Position numbers and translations under genes: made by a program. DNA of 64,000 nt from positions 1,661-65,660 of the forward strand of contig CAZMCT010000005.1 of the NCBI GenBank assembly GCA_964564785.1. The letters are read 5' to 3'. Positions 56,510-64,000 of this stretch are shown here, piece by piece. Within the stretch, counting starts at the first letter, position 1; every line of letters begins with the position of its first letter. The notes beneath the pieces were generated by a model. That model made no database searches, was not told the origin of the DNA, and saw only the letters and a program-made list of their open reading frames with translations. This DNA comes from an uncultured Planctomycetales bacterium. GTDB taxonomy: Bacteria > Planctomycetota > Phycisphaerae > UBA1845 > Fen-1342.

Positions 56510-57382
56510 TCAGCCCTTCCGCGGCTTCAGACCCAGTTCGGCCATCACGGCTTGCAGGTCCTCCCAGGCCTCGGCTTTAGCGCTCGGCGTCCGCAACAGG
56601 TAAGCCGGGTGGTACGTCGGCATCAGCTTCATCGTCGGCAGGCCCAGGTCTGCCAGCAGCGGTGGCGGGAAAAGTTGCCAGTGCCCACGCAGCTTCCCGA
56701 TCGGCGCGCTGGTGTTCAACAGCGTTTGGACGGCCGGCCGACCGAGGGCAACGATGACCCGCGGCCGGAGAATCGCGAGCTGCCGATACAGGAACGGCGC
56801 GCAGGCCTCCATTTCGTCCTCCAGCGGCGTGCGGTTGCCCGGCGGACGGCACTTCACGACGTTGCAAATATAGACCTGCTCGCGAGTTAGCGTCATGGCC
56901 GCGATCATCTTCGTCAGCAGTTGGCCTGCCCGACCGACGAACGGCAGCCCCTGAGCGTCCTCGTCAGCGCCCGGCCCTTCCCCGACGAACACCAGCTCCG
57001 GCCGCGGGTGTCCGACGCCGAAAACCGTCTGCGTCCGGTGCTCGGCGAGGCGGCAGCGGCGGCAGTTCCTGACATGGCCGGCGTTCAGTTCCTCCAGCGC
57101 GACCTCGGCTGCGGCTTTCGACAGCTCGCTGGTGCAAAGCGGCGGCATCTGCGCGTCAGATGCCGGCGCGAACCGCAAGGGCAAGGCCGCGCCGCCGCCT
57201 CGGTGGCCCGCTGCCGAGGGCGCAGGCGGCCGCTGCACAGCCTTCGGTTCGCTGCCCGACGCCGGCGCTGGGCCCGGCCCTGGGCCCGGCGGAACGGCCA
57301 GGTGGGACAAGCCGAGTAGTCGTTCGCAGCGCAGCCACTCGCGCAGGGCTGCGTAGACGTCGCCGTTTCTCTGGTGGATCAT
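56510..57382 (-). CDS. uracil-DNA glycosylase, family 4 (Fe-S type) with an N-terminal extension
   Basis: CRRCRL..., motif A GEGPGADED, NVVKCRPPGNR, motif B HPAYLLR. Start moved to ATG 57382, because the longer ORF runs into a repeat element. Confidence 0.88.
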   Translation of the reverse strand: MIHQRNGDVYAALREWLRCERLLGLSHLAVPPGPGPGPAPASGSEPKAVQRPPAPSAAGHRGGGAALPLRFAPASDAQMPPLCTSELSKAAAEVALEELNAGHVRNCRRCRLAEHRTQTVFGVGHPRPELVFVGEGPGADEDAQGLPFVGRAGQLLTKMIAAMTLTREQVYICNVVKCRPPGNRTPLEDEMEACAPFLYRQLAILRPRVIVALGRPAVQTLLNTSAPIGKLRGHWQLFPPPLLADLGLPTMKLMPTYHPAYLLRTPSAKAEAWEDLQAVMAELGLKPRKG

Positions 57383-57402
57383 TGTGGAACACCTTATCAG
57401 CG

Positions 57403-57540
57403 CGTTGGAAAAGGGGACAGGGACCGCGGGAGGAGGCACGGCGGGAGTGCGGGCACTGCGGGAGTGCGGGCATTGCGAGACTGGGTGTCGGTGCTACCGG
57501 AATGGCAGGGTGGCGCAGAGGCAGCGCCCGCTCTCGACGG
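57403..57540 (+). repeat. expanded copy D of the dispersed hairpin element with an internal 17-nt tandem duplication
   Basis: CGTTGGAAAAGGGGACAGGGACCGCGGGAGG... ...GGGTGGCGCAGAGGCAGCGCCCGCTCTCGACGG aligns with copies A and E. Internal units are CGGGAGTGCGGGCACTG (57442-57458) and CGGGAGTGCGGGCATTG (57459-57475). Confidence 0.75.
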
Positions 57541-57672
57541 GTCGATGAGACGGACCCGCGCCGCCCACAACGGCCGCTGGTGAGAGTCGCGCCGGCCGAG
57601 TAAGTTGATCGCCTGGAGCCAACGCCGCTGCGCCGCCGTGGCCCGACCGCACCCCACCCTGGAGAACCCGGA

Positions 57673-58383
57673 GTGACGAAGCCGCCGTTGAAACCGCTGT
57701 CGCTGACGATCATGTTCCCCTGCTACAACGAGGAGGCCAACGTCGAGCGCGTGACGCGCGCGGCGGTGGAGGTCGCCCGGCGCATCGCCGACGACTGGGA
57801 GGTGCTGATCGTCGACGATGGGAGCCGCGACCGCACGGGCGAGATCGCCGACCGGCTGGCGGCCGAGATCCCCGGTGTGCGGGCGGTGCACAACCAGCCG
57901 AACCGGGGGTACGGGGGCGCGCTGGCCCGCGGATTCCGCGAGGCCCGCAAGAACTGGATCTTCTATACCGACGGCGACGGGCAATTCGACTTCGGCGAGC
58001 TGCCGGCCATCCTCCCCCTGCTCGCGTCGCACGACGTCGTGTCGTGCTACCGGCTCGATCGCAAGGACTCGCTCCTGCGCAAGTTGAACGCCTTCGCCTG
58101 GACCACGCTCGTGAACCTGCTCTTTCACATCAAACTGCGCGACATCGACTGCGCATTCAAGATCTATCCGCGCACGTTCATCGAGCAGATCGAGCTCTGG
58201 AGCACGGGGGCGCTGATCGACACCGAGATGCTCGCCAAGGCTCGCAAGCTGGGGCTTTCGATCGCGCAGGTGGGCGTCCATCACTATCCGCGCACCGCCG
58301 GGCAGCAGACCGGCGCGAATCCACGCGTCATCCTGCGGGCGTTCAAGGAGCTTTTCAAGCTGCACGGCCGGATCCGCGGGTAA
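57673..58383 (+). CDS. glycosyltransferase family 2 (dolichyl/polyprenyl-phosphate sugar synthase-like)
   Basis: MFPCYNEE, VDDGSRDRT, YTDGDGQ (DxD). GTG start. Confidence 0.88.
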   Translation: MTKPPLKPLSLTIMFPCYNEEANVERVTRAAVEVARRIADDWEVLIVDDGSRDRTGEIADRLAAEIPGVRAVHNQPNRGYGGALARGFREARKNWIFYTDGDGQFDFGELPAILPLLASHDVVSCYRLDRKDSLLRKLNAFAWTTLVNLLFHIKLRDIDCAFKIYPRTFIEQIELWSTGALIDTEMLAKARKLGLSIAQVGVHHYPRTAGQQTGANPRVILRAFKELFKLHGRIRG

Positions 58384-58600
58384 GCGCGCCCGGCCCGCGC
58401 GAGGTCATCGCCCACCGCCGGGTGTCCTCGCGAGCACGGTCGCCCTCGGCGACACCGAGTACGCCGCCCCCCCCCACGGCGAGATCCGGTCGCGCATGCT
58501 CAGACAACGCGCCTGCTGCGACCCAATTTCCCACTCGTGGCCGCCTCGCTGGTCGCTACGCGCCTCAGGATGACACGCGCGGGCCGGGCGCCGCGAGCGG

Positions 58601-61573
58601 TCAGCACGCCGCCCAGCCGCAGGCCGGGCTCGAGCATTTGCGGCAACCTTCCTGGAGCATCAACGCGCTCCCGCACTCCGGACATTTCACTTTGTAACCC
58701 GTCGCTGCGTCGTGCTCGTGAAGCCGCGCCGCCACTTCCGGCAGCGCCCCCGCCCCTGCCATCCGGCCATCGCTCGTCGTCTCCTCCAGCACGGCCGTGG
58801 CCACCGCGGCGGCCGTGGCCGTCTCGACCGCATCCTCCAGCCCGCTGCCGGGGTCGGACCAGCCGACCTCGCCCGTGAACCCGGCGAATTCCACGTACGG
58901 CATCTCGCCGCCGGCCAACTCCATCGGCTCGGCGGCTTCGCGCTCTCCGCGCGGCAACCGCCCGGCGCGGGCGGGCCGCGGCTCTGGCGCCGGCATGAAC
59001 GAAAGCACGTTTTGCACGCTGCCGCGCGCTGGGGCGCGGCCCGTGCCGTGCCCCCCGTTACCGCTGGATCGGACCGGAGCGGCCGGGGGCGTGCGATCGA
59101 TGGTGCTTTCCGCACGAGCGGCCTGCGGCGGGCTGTCGAGCTCGGCCAAGTCGATCTCGCCCAGGAGCAGGTTGCGCAGGCCGAAGCGTTCCTTGGCCCG
59201 CATGTACTTCTTGAGGGCGCAGGCCAGACCGTCGCCGAGCGACATGATGCGGCCGGTGCGGGTCGGAATCTGGAGCGACGACCCGATCCCCTCGAGCTGC
59301 TTGATGACCAAATGCAGGCTGCCGCCGGCGCGGAGCCAGAGCGAGACCATGCGGCAGATGGCCTCGAGGTCGCTGGTGGCGACGTCGCCGCCCTTGCCGA
59401 GCTGCGCGAAGACCTCCAGCTCGCGGTTCCGGCGCGGGTCGACCGTGATTTTCACGTGCATGTTGCCGAACGGCGTCATCTGTCGGATCCGCAAGCCGCT
59501 GACGATCTCGGGCAGATCGAGCGGCTCGATGTAGCGCGGCGCGTCAGTCGTCGGCGGCACAGTTGCGGCAGCCGCCGCCGTACGCGCCCCCGGCTCGTCG
59601 TCCCTCGCGCCCGCCGCCCCATGGTCCCTCGACTCCGCGCTCCCTTCCTTCTTGAGCGCCATCGGCTGATGCTGGCGGCAGCCGTCGCGGTACACCGTGA
59701 CCCCCTTGCAGCGATGATCGTACGCCAGCCGGTAAATCTGCTCGACGTCCGCCCGCGTGGCCGCGTTGGGGAAGTTGATCGTCTTGCTGATCGACGAATC
59801 GCAGTGCCGCTGGAACGCGGCCTGCATCTGCACGTGCCACTCGGGTGCAATGTCGTGGGCACACACGAAGACCGCCCGTACGTCGGCCGGGATGTCCGGC
59901 AGGTGCGCGAGCGTACCTTCGCGGGCGACGCGCTCGAACAGCTCTTCGGTATAGAAGCCGCGCTCCCGGGCCACCTGGCGGAAGATGTCGTTGACCTCCA
60001 CCAGCGGCTGCTCGCCCTGCTTCTGCCCGCGCAGGACATTGCGCACGAAGGCCAGCGAGAACATGGGCTCGATCCCGCCGGAGCAGTTGGCGATGATGCT
60101 GATCGTCCCGGTCGGCGCAACGGTTGTCACCGCGGCGTTGCGCATCAGCCGGTTGTGCCGGGTGTGCCAGATGCTCCCCTTCCAGTTGGGGAAGCAGCCG
60201 CGCTCACGGGCCAGCTCGGTGCTGCAATTGTGCGCCTCGTCGTTGATGAACCGCATGAAACGCTCGCCCCACGCCACGCCGGCATCGCTGTTGTACGCGG
60301 TGTTCAACCGGTACAGGGCATCGGCAAAGCCCATCACGCCCAGCCCGATCTTCCGGTTGTCGTGGCAGATGCGCTCGATCTCGGGCAACGGGTAGTTGTT
60401 CGCGTCGATCACGTTGTCCAGGAAACGCACGCTGACGTGGACGCACTCGCGCAGCCCGTCCCAGTCGACCTCCGCCGCCGGTGTGCAGCCATTTCTGACG
60501 AACCGGCCGAGGTTGATGCTGCCCAGGTTGCATGCCTCGTACGGCAGCAGGGGCTGCTCACCGCATGGGTTGGTGGCCTCGATCCGCCCCACGTGAGGCG
60601 TCGGGTTGTGCTCGTTGATCCGGTCGATGAAGACCACCCCGGGCTCCCCCGTTTGCCACGCGTTGCCCACGATGATGTCCCAGATGGCACGCTTCGTGTA
60701 TATCTGCCCCCGCAGCTCCTCCGGGAGCGGCCCCGTGATGCGCGGCGTGCGATAGTACGACTCGCGACCGCCGGCCGGCACGGGCTCCACGCACGCGACC
60801 TCGACCAGGTCACGGATTGTGTACTTCCAGATTTCCAGCTTGCGGGGCAGCACGTACGCCTTGCCCGTGCGCGGGTTGCGCACGATGTGCGGCGAGTCCG
60901 GGTCCGCCAGGAACTCCTCCATCCACTGGTCCGTGACCTTCACTGAGATGTTGTAATTCGTGAACTGCTCGAGGTCCTGCTTGGCGTGCAGAAACTTCAG
61001 GATATCGGGGTGATGAATGTACATCATCCCCATGTTCGCGCCGCGGCGGAACGCCCCCTGCTGAATCGCGTTCGTCGCCTCGCTGAACGCCTTCCAGAAG
61101 CTGATCGGCCCGCTGGTCGTGCCGCCGCTCGACTTGATGAAGTCGCCCGTCGGCCGCAGCTCGTCGAACGCGAAACCCGTCCCGCCGCCGGCCTTCTGGA
61201 TCAGCGCCGTGTGCTTGATGCTGTTGAATATATCCACGATCGAATCGCGAACCGGGAGCACAAAGCACGCCGACAGCATGCCCATCTCGCGCCCGGCATT
61301 CATCAGCGTGGGCGAGTTCGGCATGAACGAACCGCTCGCCATCTGATGATAAAACCGATCTTCCCATCGCCGCCGATCCACTTCCGTGCCGCCGTACAGC
61401 GTCTCCACCGCTGCGATCGTTCGGGCCACGCGCCGGAACAGCTCACCCGGGGTCTCAAGGCAGTTGCCATCCTCGTCCTTCTTGAGGTAGCGGGCTTCCA
61501 GGACCTTGCGGGCGTTCTCCGTCAGGACGGGCTCGTCCGTGAGACCGCTCTGAGCGTACTGAGACTGGCACAT
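58601..61573 (-). CDS. nrdJ: adenosylcobalamin-dependent (class II) ribonucleotide reductase
   Basis: N-terminus ENARKVLEARYLKKDEDG..ETPGELFRRVA. Active site NPCGEQPLLPYEACNLGSINL. C-terminal low-complexity region followed by a Zn ribbon KCPECGSALMLQEGCRKCSSPACG. Start at ATG 61573. Confidence 0.95.
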   Translation of the reverse strand: MCQSQYAQSGLTDEPVLTENARKVLEARYLKKDEDGNCLETPGELFRRVARTIAAVETLYGGTEVDRRRWEDRFYHQMASGSFMPNSPTLMNAGREMGMLSACFVLPVRDSIVDIFNSIKHTALIQKAGGGTGFAFDELRPTGDFIKSSGGTTSGPISFWKAFSEATNAIQQGAFRRGANMGMMYIHHPDILKFLHAKQDLEQFTNYNISVKVTDQWMEEFLADPDSPHIVRNPRTGKAYVLPRKLEIWKYTIRDLVEVACVEPVPAGGRESYYRTPRITGPLPEELRGQIYTKRAIWDIIVGNAWQTGEPGVVFIDRINEHNPTPHVGRIEATNPCGEQPLLPYEACNLGSINLGRFVRNGCTPAAEVDWDGLRECVHVSVRFLDNVIDANNYPLPEIERICHDNRKIGLGVMGFADALYRLNTAYNSDAGVAWGERFMRFINDEAHNCSTELARERGCFPNWKGSIWHTRHNRLMRNAAVTTVAPTGTISIIANCSGGIEPMFSLAFVRNVLRGQKQGEQPLVEVNDIFRQVARERGFYTEELFERVAREGTLAHLPDIPADVRAVFVCAHDIAPEWHVQMQAAFQRHCDSSISKTINFPNAATRADVEQIYRLAYDHRCKGVTVYRDGCRQHQPMALKKEGSAESRDHGAAGARDDEPGARTAAAAATVPPTTDAPRYIEPLDLPEIVSGLRIRQMTPFGNMHVKITVDPRRNRELEVFAQLGKGGDVATSDLEAICRMVSLWLRAGGSLHLVIKQLEGIGSSLQIPTRTGRIMSLGDGLACALKKYMRAKERFGLRNLLLGEIDLAELDSPPQAARAESTIDRTPPAAPVRSSGNGGHGTGRAPARGSVQNVLSFMPAPEPRPARAGRLPRGEREAAEPMELAGGEMPYVEFAGFTGEVGWSDPGSGLEDAVETATAAAVATAVLEETTSDGRMAGAGALPEVAARLHEHDAATGYKVKCPECGSALMLQEGCRKCSSPACGWAAC

Positions 61574-61701
61574 CCTCGAACTCCTGTTTCTAGGATGCAA
61601 ACGCAAACCGTTGTTAGGCTCTAAACCGCCGACGTGCTGCTTGCCACGCCGGATGTCCGCCGACTGGTCCGGCGGACCCCACCCGTTGGGGGGCAACCTT
61701 C

Positions 61702-61730
61702 AATATAGCCCAAGATATGGGGCGCGTCAA
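61702..61730 (-). promoter_or_regulatory. candidate sigma70-type promoter of nrdJ (TTGACG-17-TATATT) with a short palindrome in the spacer
   Basis: On the minus strand, TTGACG is at 61730-61725, followed by a 17-nt spacer and TATATT at 61707-61702. The spacer contains CCCATATCTTGGG (61709-61721). This is one of the few AT-rich patches in the window. Confidence 0.4.
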
Positions 61731-62079
61731 AAAAATCTTGCGGGCGCGACAAATTGTTATAACCCGTTCCCCCACTGAAAGTTGCGTAATGCGACCAACC
61801 TGACCCCTACAGATAGTGGTGACGGTCGGCGCATTCGCCTGGCAACGCCGGCCTCCGTCACCAAAACCGTGCGAGCGCGGCACGCCCTCCCCCGGCCCTC
61901 ACCCCCTGTTCACACTCCCGCGGCGCCTCCTCTCACGAAGCCACGAACCCCCCTCACCGCTTGTTACTACGCTGGTCGTCGGCGCGCCATCGCCGACGGT
62001 ACAATCGCACACCGTCTGCTGCGCGGGATCGGCGCCGCGTTTTTCGGCCTGCCGCGTGTTTGCTCCGCGAGGAATCGCC

Positions 62080-62787
62080 ATGCAATTCTTTGCCCGCCTC
62101 TTTCGCCGCGCATTGATCGCCCTCTTTCACGCCGCCGCAATCCCACTGCTCGGTGGGTGCCAGCTCGGTTTGACGCCCGTCGAGACGCCCCCTGAGCTCA
62201 CGGGTCTGCTAGGCGACCCTGCCGCCGTTACCATCGCGGCCGACGACCCGTTCCGCAATACCGAGCCCGGCACGGTGACCGACCCGCTCTCCGAGCTCAC
62301 CGGTTGCTGGGCTGCCTACGACACGTGGACCGAGTCTATCGGCGACGCAGCCGCAGGCTCGGCCGCCGAAGCAAAGGTGGAGGGTTGGCAGCTCTACCGG
62401 TTTGGACCCGATGCGGACGCGCTCTGGCTCAGCTTCGCCGAGTTGAACGGCTACGGGGCGGTCGAGATTCGCATGGAGGGCTCGTACGAGATCCAGGGCG
62501 ACAATCGGCTGGTACTACAGTTCCCGAGCTGGGTCGAACGCCTGCCGGGCCGACAGCTCGCGTGGCCGGAGGATGCCCGCCAACTCATCGAGAACGACGC
62601 ATCGCTGTCCGACGCGGAACGCGCGGACGCGTTGGCCGAGCTGGAGGAGCCGACCGTATTTGAGTACCTCGTGACTCTCGACGGGAATCGGTTGCTGCTG
62701 GTCGGCGTCTGGACGAACGAGGAGGGCGAGGAGTCTCTGGACGACGAGCCGGTTGCGCTGGTGCGCGTGGCCTGCATCGGCGAGTAG
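62080..62787 (+). CDS. hypothetical lipoprotein
   Basis: ATG 62080. MQFFARLFRRALIALFHAAAIPLLGG/C has a lipobox. Acidic 235-aa body. No family recognised. Confidence 0.55.
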   Translation: MQFFARLFRRALIALFHAAAIPLLGGCQLGLTPVETPPELTGLLGDPAAVTIAADDPFRNTEPGTVTDPLSELTGCWAAYDTWTESIGDAAAGSAAEAKVEGWQLYRFGPDADALWLSFAELNGYGAVEIRMEGSYEIQGDNRLVLQFPSWVERLPGRQLAWPEDARQLIENDASLSDAERADALAELEEPTVFEYLVTLDGNRLLLVGVWTNEEGEESLDDEPVALVRVACIGE

Positions 62788-62965
62788 CGGCCGAACGCGA
62801 CCCAGCGTCAGCGCAGCGAGGTGACGGCGCAACAGCTTCGGCCGCGTAGAACGGCTCTCTCGCCGAACGGTTCTACCGCCGGGCAATCGATCATCGCTGC
62901 AAGGGCGTCACGGCGTACCACGCGTATCGAGAGGCGCGCCCCGCGATGGACCTGTACGAGCGGCG

Positions 62966-63054
62966 CCGAAAAAGGGGACGGGCACCGCGGGAGTGGATGG
63001 TGTCACTGCGGTAATGCTGGGTTGGAACGGAGCCAGCCCCCCTCCTCAGCGCTG
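62966..63054 (+). repeat. dispersed ~90-bp hairpin element, full copy E
   Basis: CCGAAAAAGGGGACGGGCACCGCGGGAG...GGGTTGGAACGGAGCCAGCCCC...GCTG aligns with the reverse complement of 41645-41734. It lies about 107 nt upstream of the radical SAM gene start. Confidence 0.85.
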
Positions 63055-63160
63055 TCAGACTCTCCGTCCGGTCGTGGACAGGCGCCGTCTGCGCGGCCGA
63101 GACGGCTGTGCGATGCCCACGCTTGGCGCGCCGCGGTGGCCGTCGAGTAAGATCTGGGCC

Positions 63161-64000
63161 ATGGTCCCCGCGACGCCGCAACGCCGACCACGCATCCGCC
63201 TCATCAACCCGAATTCGCCGCTGTCGAACATCACCATGCCCGACGTGATCCAACAGATGACCTCGCCGCTGGGCCGCTGGACGCCGAGGGCCCTGCGCGG
63301 CCTGCACTTCACGCGCAAGGCCCTGTTCGCGCCGACCGGGCTGATGATCTGCGCGGCCGTGGTGCCGAGGCACTGGGACGTCGAGCTGGTCGACGAGTGC
63401 ACCCGTGACACGCCGCACGTCCCACGGGCGGACGTTGACCTGGTCGGCATCTCGGCCATGACCACCCAGGCCCGCCGGGGATACGAGCTGGCCGACGGTT
63501 ATCGGGCGCTGGGCGTGCCGGTCGTCTTGGGCGGAATCCATCCCAGCGCGCTGCCGAACGAGGCGCTCCGGCACGCCGACAGCGTGTGCCTGGGCGATGC
63601 CGAGTCGACGCTGCCGCACCTGATCGCGGACTTCGACGCCGCGCGGGCCAGGGGCCGGCCGCCGGTCACCGGCCTGCGGCGGCTCTACGACTGGGCCGCG
63701 TTCCCCAGTGCCCCGATCGCGACGCCGCGCAAGGACGTGATCGACCCAACCGAGTACCTCGTGGCAAACCCGATTCAGACCACCCGCGGTTGCCCGCACA
63801 ATTGCAGCTTCTGCACGACGCCGGCCGTGTTCGGCCGCAAGTTCCGACAGCGAACCGTGGATTCGATCATCGAGGAGATGCGCGCGGTCTGCGAGGTGAA
63901 GAAGCCCTGGTGCTTCATCTTTGCGGACGACAATTTCGGCGGCAACCAGCAGTGGGCGCTCGAGCTGTGCGAGCGGATGAAGCCGCTGAGGATCGCGTGG
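63161..64000 (+). CDS. B12-binding domain-containing radical SAM protein (3'-truncated by the window edge)
   Basis: My own translation from ATG 63161 is open to the window end. N-terminal B12-binding-like Rossmann region (DLVGISAMTTQARRGYELADGYRALGVPVVLGGIHPS), then TTRGCPHNCSFC (CxxxCxxC). Not in the ORF track because no stop is reached. Confidence 0.88.
   Translation, partial: MVPATPQRRPRIRLINPNSPLSNITMPDVIQQMTSPLGRWTPRALRGLHFTRKALFAPTGLMICAAVVPRHWDVELVDECTRDTPHVPRADVDLVGISAMTTQARRGYELADGYRALGVPVVLGGIHPSALPNEALRHADSVCLGDAESTLPHLIADFDAARARGRPPVTGLRRLYDWAAFPSAPIATPRKDVIDPTEYLVANPIQTTRGCPHNCSFCTTPAVFGRKFRQRTVDSIIEEMRAVCEVKKPWCFIFADDNFGGNQQWALELCERMKPLRIAW

Noticed and set aside
61574-61900. 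Cobalamin riboswitch upstream of nrdJ.
   Set aside because: I found no B12-box-like sequence (AGYCMGGAGACCKGCC type) or the GGTGC/GGGAA core on the minus strand. Only a generic hairpin (GGTGACGG...CCGTCACC, 61818-61862) and the UTR hairpin are present.

Overview
This is a very GC-rich bacterial chromosomal segment with about 50 protein genes and one tRNA-Leu(UAG). I could not recognise any rRNA, CRISPR array, transposase, integrase or phage gene. The protein families suggest a Planctomycetota (Phycisphaerae-like) genome; that is inference only. The families are a PEP-CTERM protein, a DUF1559-type prepilin-like protein, DUF1571/DUF1573-like proteins, a dockerin-repeat secreted protein, a TopA with many zinc ribbons, KorAB and a class II RNR. 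The content is mainly housekeeping. It includes an ABC-F ATPase, topA, a divergent c-di-GMP pair (REC-HD-GYP and HDOD-GGDEF), a MATE exporter, TerC, rlmN, ilvE, glgP, etfBA plus an acyl-CoA dehydrogenase, an S8 peptidase, dapL-folK, korAB, glycosyltransferases, trxB, a family-4 UDG, nrdJ and a B12-binding radical SAM gene cut by the window end. I did not find a convincing novel multi-gene system. The unusual signals are mostly non-coding or architectural. (1) A dispersed ~90-bp hairpin (MITE/REP-like) element occurs in at least five intergenic copies, all just upstream of start codons, and a related tandem/inverted-repeat cluster lies downstream of topA. (2) A perfect (GGGAACA)4 G-quadruplex motif sits in an unusually long etfB-etfA spacer. 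(3) A 13-nt poly-G tract separates a strong SD+ATG from the glgP reading frame. (4) An MNT/HEPN toxin-antitoxin-like pair is nested between etfA and the acyl-CoA dehydrogenase. (5) A strong terminator-like hairpin, preceded by a Pro-rich mini-ORF, lies in the MATE leader. (6) Three small SD-preceded membrane-protein genes form a cluster, two of them tandem paralogs. (7) An ABC ATPase is paired with an 813-aa membrane protein and no canonical permease. The many long ORFs antisense to real genes are treated as GC-content artefacts. All family assignments come from motif recognition by eye, with no database search.
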